The notes: generated from the sequence alone by a model not told the origin. Counted from the first letter of the stretch, positions 19,115-29,367 are shown. The stretch: DNA of 64,000 nucleotides from Proteobacteria bacterium ST_bin12 (GCA_002083635.1 MSXP01000005.1:344592-408591); one strand, 5' to 3'. A program made the numbers and translations.

Positions 19115-19159
19115 ATGAGGTATAATGTCAACTTCATTATTATAACAAGTTTTTGTCAG

Positions 19160-20224
19160 ATGCGAACCCAAGATTTTGACTTTTATTTACCTGAAGCACT
19201 CATCGCACAGCACCCCACAAGCTCCCGCAACGCTAGTAAGTTACTTTATGTTGATGGTCAATCTGGGATTTTAAGCGATAAACTATTCATCGATTTTGCT
19301 AGCCTTTTAAAGGCAGATGATTTATTGATTTTTAACGACACTCGCGTAATCAAAGCGCGTTTATTCGGAACAAAGGCAACTGGCGGCCAAGTTGAAGTTT
19401 TAGTAGAGCGGGTACTAGATAATCATCATATCCTGGCGCATATACGTGCATCGCGTGCGCCAAAAGCAGGTAGCACCTTGCGCTTAGCCGATGCATTTGA
19501 TGCTCAAATTGTTGGTCGTGATGACGATTTATTCCACGTACATTTTTTAGGTGATATTACTGTACTAGACTTACTAGAACGCTACGGTGCACTTCCATTG
19601 CCACCTTACATTACGCATGATGCAGGTGTTCAAGATGATGAGCGCTATCAAACCGTGTATGCCAAACACGCAGGCGCTGTGGCAGCCCCGACCGCAGGCC
19701 TACATTTTGATGAAACCGTATTAAATGCTCTAACGGCAAAAGGTGTGAAAATCGCTTACGTCACATTGCATGTTGGCGCGGGTACTTTTCAACCCGTGCG
19801 TGTGGATAACATTAAAGACCATAAAATGCATAGCGAGATTTATCATATTTCCGCTGAAACAGTTACGGCAATTAATAACGCCAAGCAAGCGGGTAGAAAT
19901 ATAATTGCGGTTGGCACCACCAGCTTACGCGCATTAGAAAGTGCAGCACAAAAAGCATTAAGTGAAAGCAAAGCTGACGCCTTAATTGCAGCAGGTAGCG
20001 GCGAAACGTCTATTTTTATCACGCCAGGCTTTGACTTTAAAATTGTTGACAAGCTTCTGACTAACTTTCATCTACCAAAAAGCACATTATTAATGTTGGT
20101 ATCAGCGTTTGCTGGATTTGATGCCATTAAACAAGCATACGCACATGCCATACAAAAAGAATACCGTTTTTTTAGCTATGGTGATGCGATGTTTCTTGAA
20201 AAGTCGAATCATGCAGAAAACTAA
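19160..20224 (+). CDS. queA: S-adenosylmethionine:tRNA ribosyltransferase-isomerase
   Basis: [19 protein letters not shown] is the canonical QueA N-terminus. The track start at 19115 abuts the tRNA and spans a TATAAT (19122-19127), so it is not used. Confidence 0.9.
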   Translation: MRTQDFDFYLPEALIAQHPTSSRNASKLLYVDGQSGILSDKLFIDFASLLKADDLLIFNDTRVIKARLFGTKATGGQVEVLVERVLDNHHILAHIRASRAPKAGSTLRLADAFDAQIVGRDDDLFHVHFLGDITVLDLLERYGALPLPPYITHDAGVQDDERYQTVYAKHAGAVAAPTAGLHFDETVLNALTAKGVKIAYVTLHVGAGTFQPVRVDNIKDHKMHSEIYHISAETVTAINNAKQAGRNIIAVGTTSLRALESAAQKALSESKADALIAAGSGETSIFITPGFDFKIVDKLLTNFHLPKSTLLMLVSAFAGFDAIKQAYAHAIQKEYRFFSYGDAMFLEKSNHAEN

Positions 20225-20328
20225 GCCTAAATAGATGCCTTATGCATGACTTTGAACTAGAATCGTCAACACATAGACTAAATAACACGTTACTTACCAG
20301 TTAGTTAACAAGAAAGCACTTTCAACAT

Positions 20329-21210
20329 ATGCAATTTATTAAACCCTTATTAATTGGCAGCCTCATTTTTTCTGGCCTAGCTATAACAAACACAGTAACA
20401 GCAGAGGTGCTACCTACTGCTACGATTGGCATTAAAATCACCTTAGCTACAAAACCCACTTCACGCCCAATGACGGTGGCGTATATTCCACAACTAAAAC
20501 ATTACTATATTGCAGATGGTGGTTTAGCGCCTTTGGCAACTGAGTATGAAGCAGCCGTATCAAAATCGCAGATTCATGCTTATGACGATACGGGTAAATA
20601 CATTAATTCTGCTAAACCTGGTTACGATAATCGTTCTATTTATTACAATCCAAACACTGCTAAACTAGAAACCGTTACCTACAATGTTTCTAGTGATGTG
20701 GGCTTTTCGCCCAACACCGGTATTTATGCGCTAGATGTGGCCGAGAATGGCGAAATAAAAGACAGCTCAAATGAATTATTTTTGTTTAATCCTGCGTTTG
20801 GCGATTCAGCCACTATGCCGAGTTATGACGCTGAAAATAATCGATACTTTGCCAAGCAAGAGCGTAGCAACAAAGTGTTTATCGTAGACCCAAAACAACG
20901 CGAAAAAATTGGTGAAATTTCGCTGGATTTTACCAAGGCTGCTGTATTGCATGATGATATTAGCGACCACTATATTGCTTATACTGGTGTTAAAGGTGAA
21001 GAGTTGGTGCTACTAGATGTCGACCATAAAGCAGCATTAGTATTTGACTTAACCGGTAAATTTGTGGCAAAAAGTGAATTGCCAAAAGACCTAAAATTAC
21101 GCTCTCAAAATCATTTTAATGGCTTGGGTTATGCAAACGATATGCTATTTGTATATCACGAAACCGAAGGTGAGTTTGGTACTTATTACGGCTTTAAAGT
21201 GGTTAAGTAA
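20329..21210 (+). CDS. secreted hypothetical protein
   Basis: 293 aa with signal peptide MQFIKPLLIGSLIFSGLAITNTVTA. I recognise no motif. Confidence 0.55.
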   Translation: MQFIKPLLIGSLIFSGLAITNTVTAEVLPTATIGIKITLATKPTSRPMTVAYIPQLKHYYIADGGLAPLATEYEAAVSKSQIHAYDDTGKYINSAKPGYDNRSIYYNPNTAKLETVTYNVSSDVGFSPNTGIYALDVAENGEIKDSSNELFLFNPAFGDSATMPSYDAENNRYFAKQERSNKVFIVDPKQREKIGEISLDFTKAAVLHDDISDHYIAYTGVKGEELVLLDVDHKAALVFDLTGKFVAKSELPKDLKLRSQNHFNGLGYANDMLFVYHETEGEFGTYYGFKVVK

Positions 21211-21224
21211 GCACTTTAAAAAAT

Positions 21225-21254
21225 AAAAAACCGCATACCAGATGCGGTTTTTTT
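21225..21254. terminator. intrinsic terminator (bidirectional shape)
   Basis: AAAAAACCGCAT-ACCAG-ATGCGGTTTTTTT. Confidence 0.85.
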
Positions 21255-21267
21255 GAGTCGCAATTAT

Positions 21268-21771
21268 TTATTTGCCAATCGCACCTGCAAGTTTGCCAGA
21301 AGCCATACCAAACAAAGCACCCAATACGACAGAAATAATCACCAGTAATACAGGGTTAGTCAAGTTCATCATGGCAGTATTGCCAGCACTACCTGCTGTT
21401 AGCGCTAATCCTGCTGTAGCTGCATATCCATAAACGTTTGCTGGTACAACTGACAGAAAATTAACGCTAGCGATGATAACAAGTGCAAATACCGTAACGG
21501 CAATAATCACAGGGGCAGCCAGCACACCCAAAGCGCCTAGCATGCCAAAACTGACTAAGTACAAAGCAACGCCAGCAATCACCGCGCCGTAACTCATGCC
21601 TGCAATGGTTTTTTGTAGCGCCGCAGAATCAGCACCCGAATGGAAATAGCAACCCCAAGCAATAAAACCAACCCATACCAATGTTGCGCCAGCCAACGGA
21701 TTTAACGATAAAAATGCCCAAACGCCACCTAAAACCGCGATACTCACTGCCAATGCTGTTAACTTCGACAT
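21268..21771 (-). CDS. small polytopic inner-membrane protein, possibly DUF1097 (YcdZ-like)
   Basis: 167 aa, 4-5 TM segments. The match to YcdZ is by remembered pattern only (WVGFIAWGCYFHSG, FLSVVPANVYGYAATAG). Confidence 0.5.
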   Translation of the reverse strand: MSKLTALAVSIAVLGGVWAFLSLNPLAGATLVWVGFIAWGCYFHSGADSAALQKTIAGMSYGAVIAGVALYLVSFGMLGALGVLAAPVIIAVTVFALVIIASVNFLSVVPANVYGYAATAGLALTAGSAGNTAMMNLTNPVLLVIISVVLGALFGMASGKLAGAIGK

Positions 21772-22038
21772 ACTTTTCTCCCAAAATTAAAAGGTAAAAC
21801 TCTTATAAAAATAATGTTTTTGAGTATTACAGCCAATTAATTCAGCGACTTAGAACAAAGCGTTAAAACAAGAACAGTGACAATATGACGACGCTTTTAA
21901 CCAGCCTCAACCTAATTGACTAGGCGTAGTCTAGACTTATTTTTGTCATATTGCCAAGTATTTTTATTTGGTTTAGCGCACAACTGCTAGATTTTGATGT
22001 GCCTTTACAAACAATTTGAGGCGTTACAAGATAACGAA

Positions 22039-22650
22039 TCAGAATCTATTGAGTGGATACTGCCAGTGCTTTTTCCATGCACCCACCACTAAATTGGGAT
22101 ACTGCGGCTTACCCAAACTGCCATTGTAACGACCGAGTGCGCGGTATAAATCACCACGTTCTATATCTAAATAGTGGCGCAAAATGGTACAGCCATAGCG
22201 CAGATTAAGCCGCAAATGGAACAAATTATGCTCAGGATTGCCAATACTTTTGACCCAAAACGGCATCACCTGCATATATCCGCGCGCGCCCACGCTAGAA
22301 AAAGCGTATTTTTTAAAACCACTTTCCACTTGAATTAAGCCTAAGACCAGCTGCGGATCTAAGCCTGCGCGGGTGGCCTCATAGTGCACAGACCTTAAAA
22401 AATCTTCTCTGTAAGCTTGATCTGGTATGCGCTTTTGCAGGCGTTGCGACATATCGGCTAGCCAAGCATTACCTTCTTCTTGGCTGGCAAATATCAACTT
22501 GGGTGAGCCTAAATCGCTAATCGATTTTTGCATCAGCGCTTTAACCGAATTTGAAAGCGGCTCTTCGCGTTGATTGCCAGCAAAGCAGATTGACGCTGTG
22601 CCAAGTAATGTCACGCCTAATAAATAAGCTAGAAATAGTTTTTTCAGCAT
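22039..22650 (-). CDS. SLT-domain lytic transglycosylase
   Basis: 203 aa with a signal peptide and the catalytic motif LIQVESGFKKYAFSSVGARGYMQVMPFW. Confidence 0.8.
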   Translation of the reverse strand: MLKKLFLAYLLGVTLLGTASICFAGNQREEPLSNSVKALMQKSISDLGSPKLIFASQEEGNAWLADMSQRLQKRIPDQAYREDFLRSVHYEATRAGLDPQLVLGLIQVESGFKKYAFSSVGARGYMQVMPFWVKSIGNPEHNLFHLRLNLRYGCTILRHYLDIERGDLYRALGRYNGSLGKPQYPNLVVGAWKKHWQYPLNRF

Positions 22651-22656
22651 ATTGAT

Positions 22657-24375
22657 TTAGTTATTTAACACGGCACTCAAATGACTCACAACGCTCTTCA
22701 AAGCAATGTTGTGCGCTTCCGCATGACTACGCGATTTATACTCCACTTTACCTTCTGCCAAACCACGGTCGCCTATTACAATGCGGTGCGGAATGCCCAT
22801 TAAATCGCTTTCTGCAAACATGACACCAGGCCGCTCGCCTCTGTCATCAAATAACACATCAATGCCTGCTTTTACGCAATCCGCATAAAGTTGGTTGGCA
22901 GCATTTTTCACTGATTCACTTTTATCCATGCCAATTGGGCAGATAACGATGGAGAAAGGTGCCATGCTTAATGGGAAAATAATGCCTTTGTCATCATTAC
23001 CCTGCTCAATCGCCGCGCCAACAATACGCGATACGCCAATGCCATAGCAACCCATTTCCATTACTTGCGATTGACCATTTTCATCCAAGTACGTTGCATT
23101 CATGGCTTGAGCGTACTTGGTGCGCAATTGAAAAATATGCCCGACTTCGATACCACGACACAAACTTAATGTGCCTTTGCCGTCAGGGCTGGCGTCACCA
23201 TCGACCACATTTCGAACATCTGCCACCAAGCTCGGCTCTGGCAAATCGCGGCCAAAATTCACGCCGCTTAAGTGATATTTAGGTTTATTAGCACCACAAA
23301 CAAAATCGCTCATATTAGCCACTGTTTTATCAGCAATCACAGAGACATTTTTACCTACATTGACTGGGCCGATAAAGCCAGGTGGGCAATTCAAGTTGCT
23401 ACGGATTTCTTCTTCTGTAGCAAATCTAAACTCACCTAAAGCCTTACCCGTTTTCACCTCATTTAAGTTGTGGTCGCCACGCAATAAAACCAAATAGAAC
23501 TGTTCTTTTCCGTCATTTTTTACCATTAAGGCAATCGACTTAACCGTATTTTTGACTGAAATTCCTAACAACTTTGCTACATCCTCACAAGTGGTTTGTT
23601 TTGGCGTTTCCACTTCGGTTAAGTTTTGGCTGGCAGTCGCTCTTGTTTTGCTTTCTGGCAAAGCCTCCGCCAGTTCCACATTCGCCGCATAATCCGAATG
23701 TTCGCAATAAGCCAGCGCATCTTCACCGCTATCGGCCAACACATGAAACTCTTGCGAACCATCACCACCAATCGCGCCAGAATCGGCTTTTACGGCTCGG
23801 AATTTCAGCCCTAAGCGTGTAAACACATTGCTGTAGGCTTGATGCATTTCTGCATAGGTTTTGCTTAACGATTCAAAATTAGTATGAAATGAATAGGCAT
23901 CTTTCATCATAAATTCGCGTGCGCGCATCACGCCAAAACGTGGGCGAATTTCATCACGGAATTTAGTTTGAATCTGATAAAAATTCAGCGGTAATTGCCT
24001 ATAGCTATTGATTTCGCGGCGCGCAATATCGGTAATCACCTCTTCATTCGTTGGGCCAAAACAAAAATCTCTATCATGTCTATCTTTAATTTTGAGCATC
24101 TGTGGCCCAAACACTGCCCAGCGACCTGTCTCATCCCACAGTTCTTTTGGCTGTACGGCTGGCATTAACAATTCTAGTGCACCCGCTTTGTTCATTTCAT
24201 CGCGCACGATATTTTCTACTTTACGTAACACACGCAAACCGAGCGGCATCCAGCTATATAAGCCGCTACCCAGCTTTTTAATTAAGCCTGCGCGCACCAT
24301 TAATTTGTGGCTGACTAACTCAGCATCGGCTGGGGCTTCTTTTTGAGTGGCGATAAAAAAATGGGATGCGCGCAT
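22657..24375 (-). CDS. proS: proline--tRNA ligase
   Basis: 572 aa bacterial-type ProRS with editing domain ([47 protein letters not shown]). Confidence 0.95.
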   Translation of the reverse strand: MRASHFFIATQKEAPADAELVSHKLMVRAGLIKKLGSGLYSWMPLGLRVLRKVENIVRDEMNKAGALELLMPAVQPKELWDETGRWAVFGPQMLKIKDRHDRDFCFGPTNEEVITDIARREINSYRQLPLNFYQIQTKFRDEIRPRFGVMRAREFMMKDAYSFHTNFESLSKTYAEMHQAYSNVFTRLGLKFRAVKADSGAIGGDGSQEFHVLADSGEDALAYCEHSDYAANVELAEALPESKTRATASQNLTEVETPKQTTCEDVAKLLGISVKNTVKSIALMVKNDGKEQFYLVLLRGDHNLNEVKTGKALGEFRFATEEEIRSNLNCPPGFIGPVNVGKNVSVIADKTVANMSDFVCGANKPKYHLSGVNFGRDLPEPSLVADVRNVVDGDASPDGKGTLSLCRGIEVGHIFQLRTKYAQAMNATYLDENGQSQVMEMGCYGIGVSRIVGAAIEQGNDDKGIIFPLSMAPFSIVICPIGMDKSESVKNAANQLYADCVKAGIDVLFDDRGERPGVMFAESDLMGIPHRIVIGDRGLAEGKVEYKSRSHAEAHNIALKSVVSHLSAVLNN

Positions 24376-24416
24376 GAGAATATTAACGAATAAAAATTGA
24401 AACCGAATTTTAACGT

Positions 24417-24447
24417 TAAAAACGCATTAAGTCAGTAATGACTTAAT
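24417..24447 (-). terminator. weak AT-rich intrinsic terminator
   Basis: The minus strand reads ATTAAGTCA-TTAC-TGACTTAAT followed by GCGTTTTT. Confidence 0.4.
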
Positions 24448-24458
24448 ATGCAGCTTAT

Positions 24459-25121
24459 TTAATTTTCCGGCCTAGGATGGTCAATTGGCGTATCAGCAGG
24501 TCGATAGCCCGCTTTCCATTCTTTAAATGGCACAATCACAGGCGGTACGCCGTTATCATAAAACCAGCTATCCACTGCAAAACGAGTGCTGGATTTAGCA
24601 TCACGAATCACTGCTGTAGAATGCGGCCAGCCATTAAAAAAGAAGTTACGCGTGCGTGTATCTTCAATTTCATGCCACTTTATCAAACCCGCTTGCTGCA
24701 TTAAACGCATATAGGTTGTGGTATTAATGGCTTCGTCATTACAATCTAGCTGACCTGATAAACGGCCTTCAAAGAAAGTACCAGCCAAATCATTTGAGGT
24801 ACCAATTTTTTCACCAACAATGATTTCTAGTTGCGCGATTGCTTTAGCGATTAATTCACGTTCTTGCGCGGCATCAACAGGTGCATTATTAAATATAGCA
24901 CTGACTTTTTGCCATTCTTCAGTAGTGAGTACTAGCGGCCTTATTTCAGCACAGCCGCCGCCAAAGCAGACTTCAAACGCAGATAAGCTCGGGGTTTGGC
25001 GAAAAATACGCGACATATCGGATAAATCCGCGCGGGAACTTAACGCTGTAATTAGCATTAAAAATCCGGCTAAAGTATTGATTAATCGACTAAAGAATAA
25101 TCGGGGTGTTGGGTAGTTCAT
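24459..25121 (-). CDS. secreted hypothetical protein, apparent fourth gene of the LemA-TPM operon
   Basis: From ATG 25121 (MNYPTPRLFFSRLINTLAGFLMLITALSSRA looks like a signal peptide). It overlaps the upstream TPM gene end by about 32 nt. No recognised motif. Confidence 0.5.
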   Translation of the reverse strand: MNYPTPRLFFSRLINTLAGFLMLITALSSRADLSDMSRIFRQTPSLSAFEVCFGGGCAEIRPLVLTTEEWQKVSAIFNNAPVDAAQERELIAKAIAQLEIIVGEKIGTSNDLAGTFFEGRLSGQLDCNDEAINTTTYMRLMQQAGLIKWHEIEDTRTRNFFFNGWPHSTAVIRDAKSSTRFAVDSWFYDNGVPPVIVPFKEWKAGYRPADTPIDHPRPEN

Positions 25122-25611
25122 TGCTGTTTTCACCATCCGCAGGATAATGCTTTTGCAGTAAATGGCTAATTTCACTTAAACCTTGCAATACACCCGCTTC
25201 AAAATTACCCTGCCTGAATTGAATTTCCATGGTATGACAAATTGCATCCCAGCCATCGTTACCCACATGTTGGTGAATGCAGCGGTCGGCCACAATTTCG
25301 ACGTCCCTATCGGCTAATAATAGATAAATCAGTACGCCATTGTTTTGCGCCGTATCCCAAATATTAAAGCGGCCAAATAACTCTAAGGCACGTTTTTTTG
25401 GCATTTTTTTATATAATATTTCCAGCGGATGCAAGCACGATTCCACTACAAAACGAATTTCGCCTGTATGCGTTTGCTCGCTAGCCTTAATCGCTTTTTC
25501 AATACGATTGAGCGCGCTATCTGAAAAGTGTTTTTGCACTTGCCAGCTAGTCGGCCAAGCTGCGCTGATTAAGTGTTTTAAAAACCGAATAATTGGGTGT
25601 CGACGTTTCAT
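25090..25611 (-). CDS. TPM-domain protein (TLP18.3/Psb32/MOLO-1 phosphatase family)
   Basis: 173 aa. Contains HTGEIRFVVE and NGVLIYLLLADRDVEIVADRCI, and sits third in a LemA-TPM-TPM arrangement. Confidence 0.7.
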   Translation of the reverse strand: MKRRHPIIRFLKHLISAAWPTSWQVQKHFSDSALNRIEKAIKASEQTHTGEIRFVVESCLHPLEILYKKMPKKRALELFGRFNIWDTAQNNGVLIYLLLADRDVEIVADRCIHQHVGNDGWDAICHTMEIQFRQGNFEAGVLQGLSEISHLLQKHYPADGENSNELPNTPIIL

Positions 25612-25634
25612 GATTTATCTATTTTAGCCTACGC

Positions 25635-26489
25635 TTACCAATCGCCAGAGGCTCCGCCGCCGCCAAAATCACCACCACCACCGCCCCAGCTACTCGATCC
25701 ACCGCCACTCCAGCCGCCACCCATCGGAACGCCGCCATAACCACTCATGCCGCGACCGCCCATCATCATAGTAAAAAAGAAGGCCACAATAGCAAAAATA
25801 ACAGCGGCGCCCAAAGCCAACCCTAGCAACCAAACGGCCGCACCAACTAGACCACCATTGACTGCACTGCCACCGAATGTGCCAAAAATATTGCGTAGAA
25901 ACAAACCTGAAATTAACCCGCCAAACAATAAAATAGGTAATAAGTTTTCAATAGCGTTACCACTAATAGCGCTGGCTTTGTTTTCAGGCAAGGCCTCACC
26001 GTGAATCAATCCAATTAACTTATCAACGCCTGCATCTAAGCCGCCATAAAAATTACCTTGCTTAAACTGCGGTGAGATAATTTCGCTAATCACGCGCTTG
26101 GCAATTAAATCAGGAATCGCACCTTCTAAACCATAGCCCACTTCAATACGGATTTTTCTGTCATCTTTAGCGACTAAAATAAGCACGCCATCGTCAATTT
26201 TTTCGCGCCCGATTTTCCATTTTTCGACCACTCGAATCGAATACTGCGCGATATCTTCTGGTTGCGTAGTGGATAGGATAAGCACCGCTATCTGGCTGCC
26301 TTTTTGTTGCTCAAAGGCAGCCAGTTTAGAATCAAGTTGGGCATGCTGATCTGCGGATAAAGTTTGGGTTAAATCGGTAATGCGCGATTTAAGTTCTGGA
26401 ATGGCAACCAAATCGGCGCGCGCTATGCCTGATGCAAACACTAACATCACGCATAGCGCGTACAGGCTGGCTCTAAAGTTGGAAAACAC
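25635..26489 (-). CDS. TPM-domain protein, YgcG-like, with TM segments and Gly-rich tail
   Basis: 284 aa with a signal peptide, GSQIAVLIL and DDGVLILVAKDDRKIRIEVGYGLEG motifs, and a GGGWSGGGSSSWGGGGGDFGGGG tail. Confidence 0.75.
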   Translation of the reverse strand: MFSNFRASLYALCVMLVFASGIARADLVAIPELKSRITDLTQTLSADQHAQLDSKLAAFEQQKGSQIAVLILSTTQPEDIAQYSIRVVEKWKIGREKIDDGVLILVAKDDRKIRIEVGYGLEGAIPDLIAKRVISEIISPQFKQGNFYGGLDAGVDKLIGLIHGEALPENKASAISGNAIENLLPILLFGGLISGLFLRNIFGTFGGSAVNGGLVGAAVWLLGLALGAAVIFAIVAFFFTMMMGGRGMSGYGGVPMGGGWSGGGSSSWGGGGGDFGGGGASGDW

Positions 26490-26545
26490 TGTTAAAGTTA
26501 ATATTAAGTTAAAAATTAAGTGAATTTCAGTGTTAACTTAACTGA

Positions 26546-27142
26546 TTATTTATCCCCAAAATCGACTTTAGGTGTCACAGAAATGGCTTTTTCATTTTCT
26601 ACTGTGAATGATGGTTTGGTTTTATAGCCAAACATCATGGCAGTTAAGTTGTTAGGGAAGCTACGCACCGCCACATTATATTCTTTGATAGTGGTGATGT
26701 AGCGATTACGCGCAACCGTTACGCGGTTTTCTGTGCCTTCTAACTGCGCTTGCAAATCTCTAAAGCCCTGATCGGCTTTTAGATTAGGATAATTCTCCGC
26801 CACCGCCATTAAGCGCGATAGCGCGCCTGTTAACTGACCTTGCGCGGCTTGAAAACGTGCAAATGCTTCTGGGTCATTCAATAACTCAGGCGTGACTTGC
26901 ATGCTACCCACTTTTGAACGCGCATTTGCCACATCGGTCAGTACTTCTTGCTCATGTGCGGCATAGCCTTTTACCGTTGCAACCAAATTAGGCACCAAGT
27001 CTGCGCGACGCTGATATTGGTTAAGCACTTCTGCCCAGCTGGCTTTTGCTTCTTCGTCTAAGCTTTGAAAAGCATTGTAGCCGCAGCCAGATAAACTTAA
27101 CACTAAAATCAACGGTAAAAATTTCTGCCAAAAATTACGCAT
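26546..27142 (-). CDS. lemA: LemA family protein
   Basis: 198 aa. LSGCGYN lipobox-like anchor, WAEVLNQYQRRADLVPNLV and ENRVTVARNRY motifs. Confidence 0.85.
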   Translation of the reverse strand: MRNFWQKFLPLILVLSLSGCGYNAFQSLDEEAKASWAEVLNQYQRRADLVPNLVATVKGYAAHEQEVLTDVANARSKVGSMQVTPELLNDPEAFARFQAAQGQLTGALSRLMAVAENYPNLKADQGFRDLQAQLEGTENRVTVARNRYITTIKEYNVAVRSFPNNLTAMMFGYKTKPSFTVENEKAISVTPKVDFGDK

Positions 27143-27212
27143 TTAAAACTCCTTAAAAATCATTATCTCTTTTAAAATTGGGCTAAATACACTTATTTTC
27201 AAGCGTCCGCGA

Positions 27213-27767
27213 TTAATTGCTTATCGCCGCTAATGCATTGCACAAATCATCCCACGTTTTTGCTTTATTAGGTAAATGCTGTAATAACTCATTTGGATGG
27301 TAGGTCGCAATGAGTTGCTGTCCGTTTATTAGATGCACTTTACCGCGCAAACTTTCTAATGATTCAGTTGTAGCTAGTAGCTGCTGCGCTATCACTTCAC
27401 CCATCGCAACAATAACACCGGCATTTAAGCTAGCAATATCTTGTGCTAACTGCTGAGTTTGGCTAGTTTGCGTTTTGTTGATATGAAGCGCACGTAAAAT
27501 ATTGTTAATCAAATCGGCCGCCTGTCCAGTTAGCTGTTCTGGCAACACAAATGCCCATTTTTTATCGTCTGATATAACCAATACTGCATGGCTAATAGCG
27601 GCTTGTGGGGTTTCAATCACGGCTTTTTCAGTCACAGCATCTTCAAGAGTTGCAACTAATGCTGGCTGTGTCATTTCGGCGATTGGTGGCATAAGAATTG
27701 GCGCGCGCAATGTCCAAACTGGTAGCAGCTCCAATTCGCGCAGAACGTCTTCACGTGTCATGCTCAT
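27213..27767 (-). CDS. uracil-DNA-glycosylase-superfamily-like protein lacking the family-4 catalytic and Fe-S motifs
   Basis: 184 aa. The N-terminal LRELELLPVWTLR and C-terminal RGKVHLINGQQLIATYHPNELL resemble family-4 UDGs found after rimI. The position of GEAPG reads ISDDKK, and only one Cys is present. Confidence 0.45.
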   Translation of the reverse strand: MSMTREDVLRELELLPVWTLRAPILMPPIAEMTQPALVATLEDAVTEKAVIETPQAAISHAVLVISDDKKWAFVLPEQLTGQAADLINNILRALHINKTQTSQTQQLAQDIASLNAGVIVAMGEVIAQQLLATTESLESLRGKVHLINGQQLIATYHPNELLQHLPNKAKTWDDLCNALAAISN

Positions 27768-28243
27768 AGCGCAAGCCCCATTAAAACAGCATCTTCACGG
27801 CCATTATGCGCTGGATAATAACCACGGCGTACCGCCATTTCGCAAAAGCCCATATTTTCATACAAGGCGATGGCTGAAATATTACTAGGGCGCACCTCTA
27901 AAAACATATTGGCAGCCTTGTGATTTTTAGCGATTTGTAGCATATGTTCCAATAGATAGCGCCCTAAACCTTGTTTTTGCTGATCTTTTGCAACACTTAA
28001 ATTAAGCAGGTGCGCTTCATCTAGCACCATCATTAATAGCGCATATCCAATAATTGTTTGATTGGACTCTAATACCCAAGCGCTGTAGCCCGAATTGATT
28101 GAATCGCTAAAATTGCCGCGCGTCCACGGATGCGTATAAATCGTTGGCTCAATCGCCATCACGACATCCAAATCAGCCATTTGCATAGGCCGAAGTTGAT
28201 AATTAGGTTTCAAGCTTACTGCTTGGTCAAACATGGCACTCAT
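27764..28243 (-). CDS. rimI: ribosomal-protein-alanine N-acetyltransferase
   Basis: 159 aa GNAT (QKQGLGRYLLEHML) with 4-nt overlaps to tsaB and the downstream gene. Confidence 0.85.
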   Translation of the reverse strand: MSAMFDQAVSLKPNYQLRPMQMADLDVVMAIEPTIYTHPWTRGNFSDSINSGYSAWVLESNQTIIGYALLMMVLDEAHLLNLSVAKDQQKQGLGRYLLEHMLQIAKNHKAANMFLEVRPSNISAIALYENMGFCEMAVRRGYYPAHNGREDAVLMGLAL

Positions 28244-28953
28244 AATCGCAAACCTTGTTCGCGTTCCGCAGTGGTTAATGCCACACGATTACGCACATAA
28301 ATCGGCATCGCTTCTATTGCTGGCTTTGCCTTTCCAGATTCAAAAATAGGTTGCGCCAAGCGCAAAATCGCTTCGGCAGTTGGCGTGAAATCGCCCAAAA
28401 TATTCGGCAGACCTTCGTTTAAGTCTTGGCTTAAATTTTGCCCATAAATAAGTGTTAAGTCTTCCATATAAACCGCCCAACCGCTGCCTACGCCAAACCA
28501 ATCTTCACCCTCTAATGTTGGCGCATTCTGCGGTTTGCACACTTGCGTTTCGCTGATTTCAACCCAAATACCGTCTTTTTTAGCCAAAGCAGCGTGATAA
28601 ATCTCGCCCATGCGCGCATCTAAACAAGCAATCACCTTTTGTTTCCCGCTGGTTTCAGCCAAAGCCGTTAATGTGTTGATACCCACCACTGGCAAATTAG
28701 CACCAAAACCCAAACCTTGCGCTACGCCACTGGCAATACGCACGCCGGTAAACGCGCCTGGCCCTGCCCCAAATGCAATGCCGTCTAAATCTTTGAGTTT
28801 CATGTTGGCGCTATTCAGCAAAACTTGAATTTGCGGCAACACCAATTGCGATGCCGCCGAGCCAGCAGCTTGATAATGCGTAAAAAATTTATCGTTAAGC
28901 GTTAATGCTAACGATAAAAACTCAGTAGAAGTGTCCAGTGCCAGTAGATTCAT
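28240..28953 (-). CDS. tsaB: tRNA t6A biosynthesis protein TsaB
   Basis: 237 aa. Contains MNLLALDTSTEFLSLAL and GPGAFTGVRIASGVAQGL. Confidence 0.85.
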   Translation of the reverse strand: MNLLALDTSTEFLSLALTLNDKFFTHYQAAGSAASQLVLPQIQVLLNSANMKLKDLDGIAFGAGPGAFTGVRIASGVAQGLGFGANLPVVGINTLTALAETSGKQKVIACLDARMGEIYHAALAKKDGIWVEISETQVCKPQNAPTLEGEDWFGVGSGWAVYMEDLTLIYGQNLSQDLNEGLPNILGDFTPTAEAILRLAQPIFESGKAKPAIEAMPIYVRNRVALTTAEREQGLRL

Positions 28954-28968
28954 GCTGTAAGTGTTGAT

Positions 28969-29367
28969 TTAGTCAGCCGCTATTTTACCGCGCAATTGCT
29001 TCACGTGGCTGCGAATCGTCTTACCTTGTAATCGCCGTTGTTTCGAGCCATAACTCGGCTTAGTCGCATAACGCGTTGGCTTAACTTGATTTGCCGCATT
29101 CACAATCTCATGCAAACGCTTGATTGCGTCTTTCTTATTCGCTTCCTGCGTACGAAATTGCTGCGCTTTTAATATCAGCACGCCTTCATCTGTAATTCGG
29201 TTATCCTTGCTTTGAATTAACTTTTCCTTCAACCAATCGCTCAAACTGCTGGCGATAATATCAAAACGCAAATGAATCGCGCTCGAAACCTTATTCACAT
29301 TCTGTCCGCCCGCCCCTTGCGCTCGAATGGCGGTGAGTTCGTATTCGGATTCTGCGATAACACTCAT
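28969..29367 (-). CDS. arfB: alternative ribosome-rescue factor ArfB (peptidyl-tRNA hydrolase, YaeJ family)
   Basis: 132 aa with the GGQ motif in TAIRAQGAGGQNVNKVSSAIHLRFD and a basic C-terminal tail. Its ATG shares one nucleotide with the yoeB stop (TAATG). Confidence 0.85.
   Translation of the reverse strand: MSVIAESEYELTAIRAQGAGGQNVNKVSSAIHLRFDIIASSLSDWLKEKLIQSKDNRITDEGVLILKAQQFRTQEANKKDAIKRLHEIVNAANQVKPTRYATKPSYGSKQRRLQGKTIRSHVKQLRGKIAAD

Noticed and set aside
19115-19159. The track's N-terminal extension of queA ([15 protein letters not shown]) starting at the base next to tRNA-Leu.
   Set aside because: The extension abuts the tRNA gene and contains a TATAAT box. The canonical QueA N-terminus begins at the ATG at 19160.
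25747-26004. Plus-strand ORFs antisense to Gly/Ala/Pro-rich genes (25747-26004 in the TPM gene, 9365-9550 in the cytochrome c gene, 38108-38539 in the glcF-like gene, 31828-32073 and others in dinG).
   Set aside because: These are compositional artefacts of the opposite-strand coding regions.
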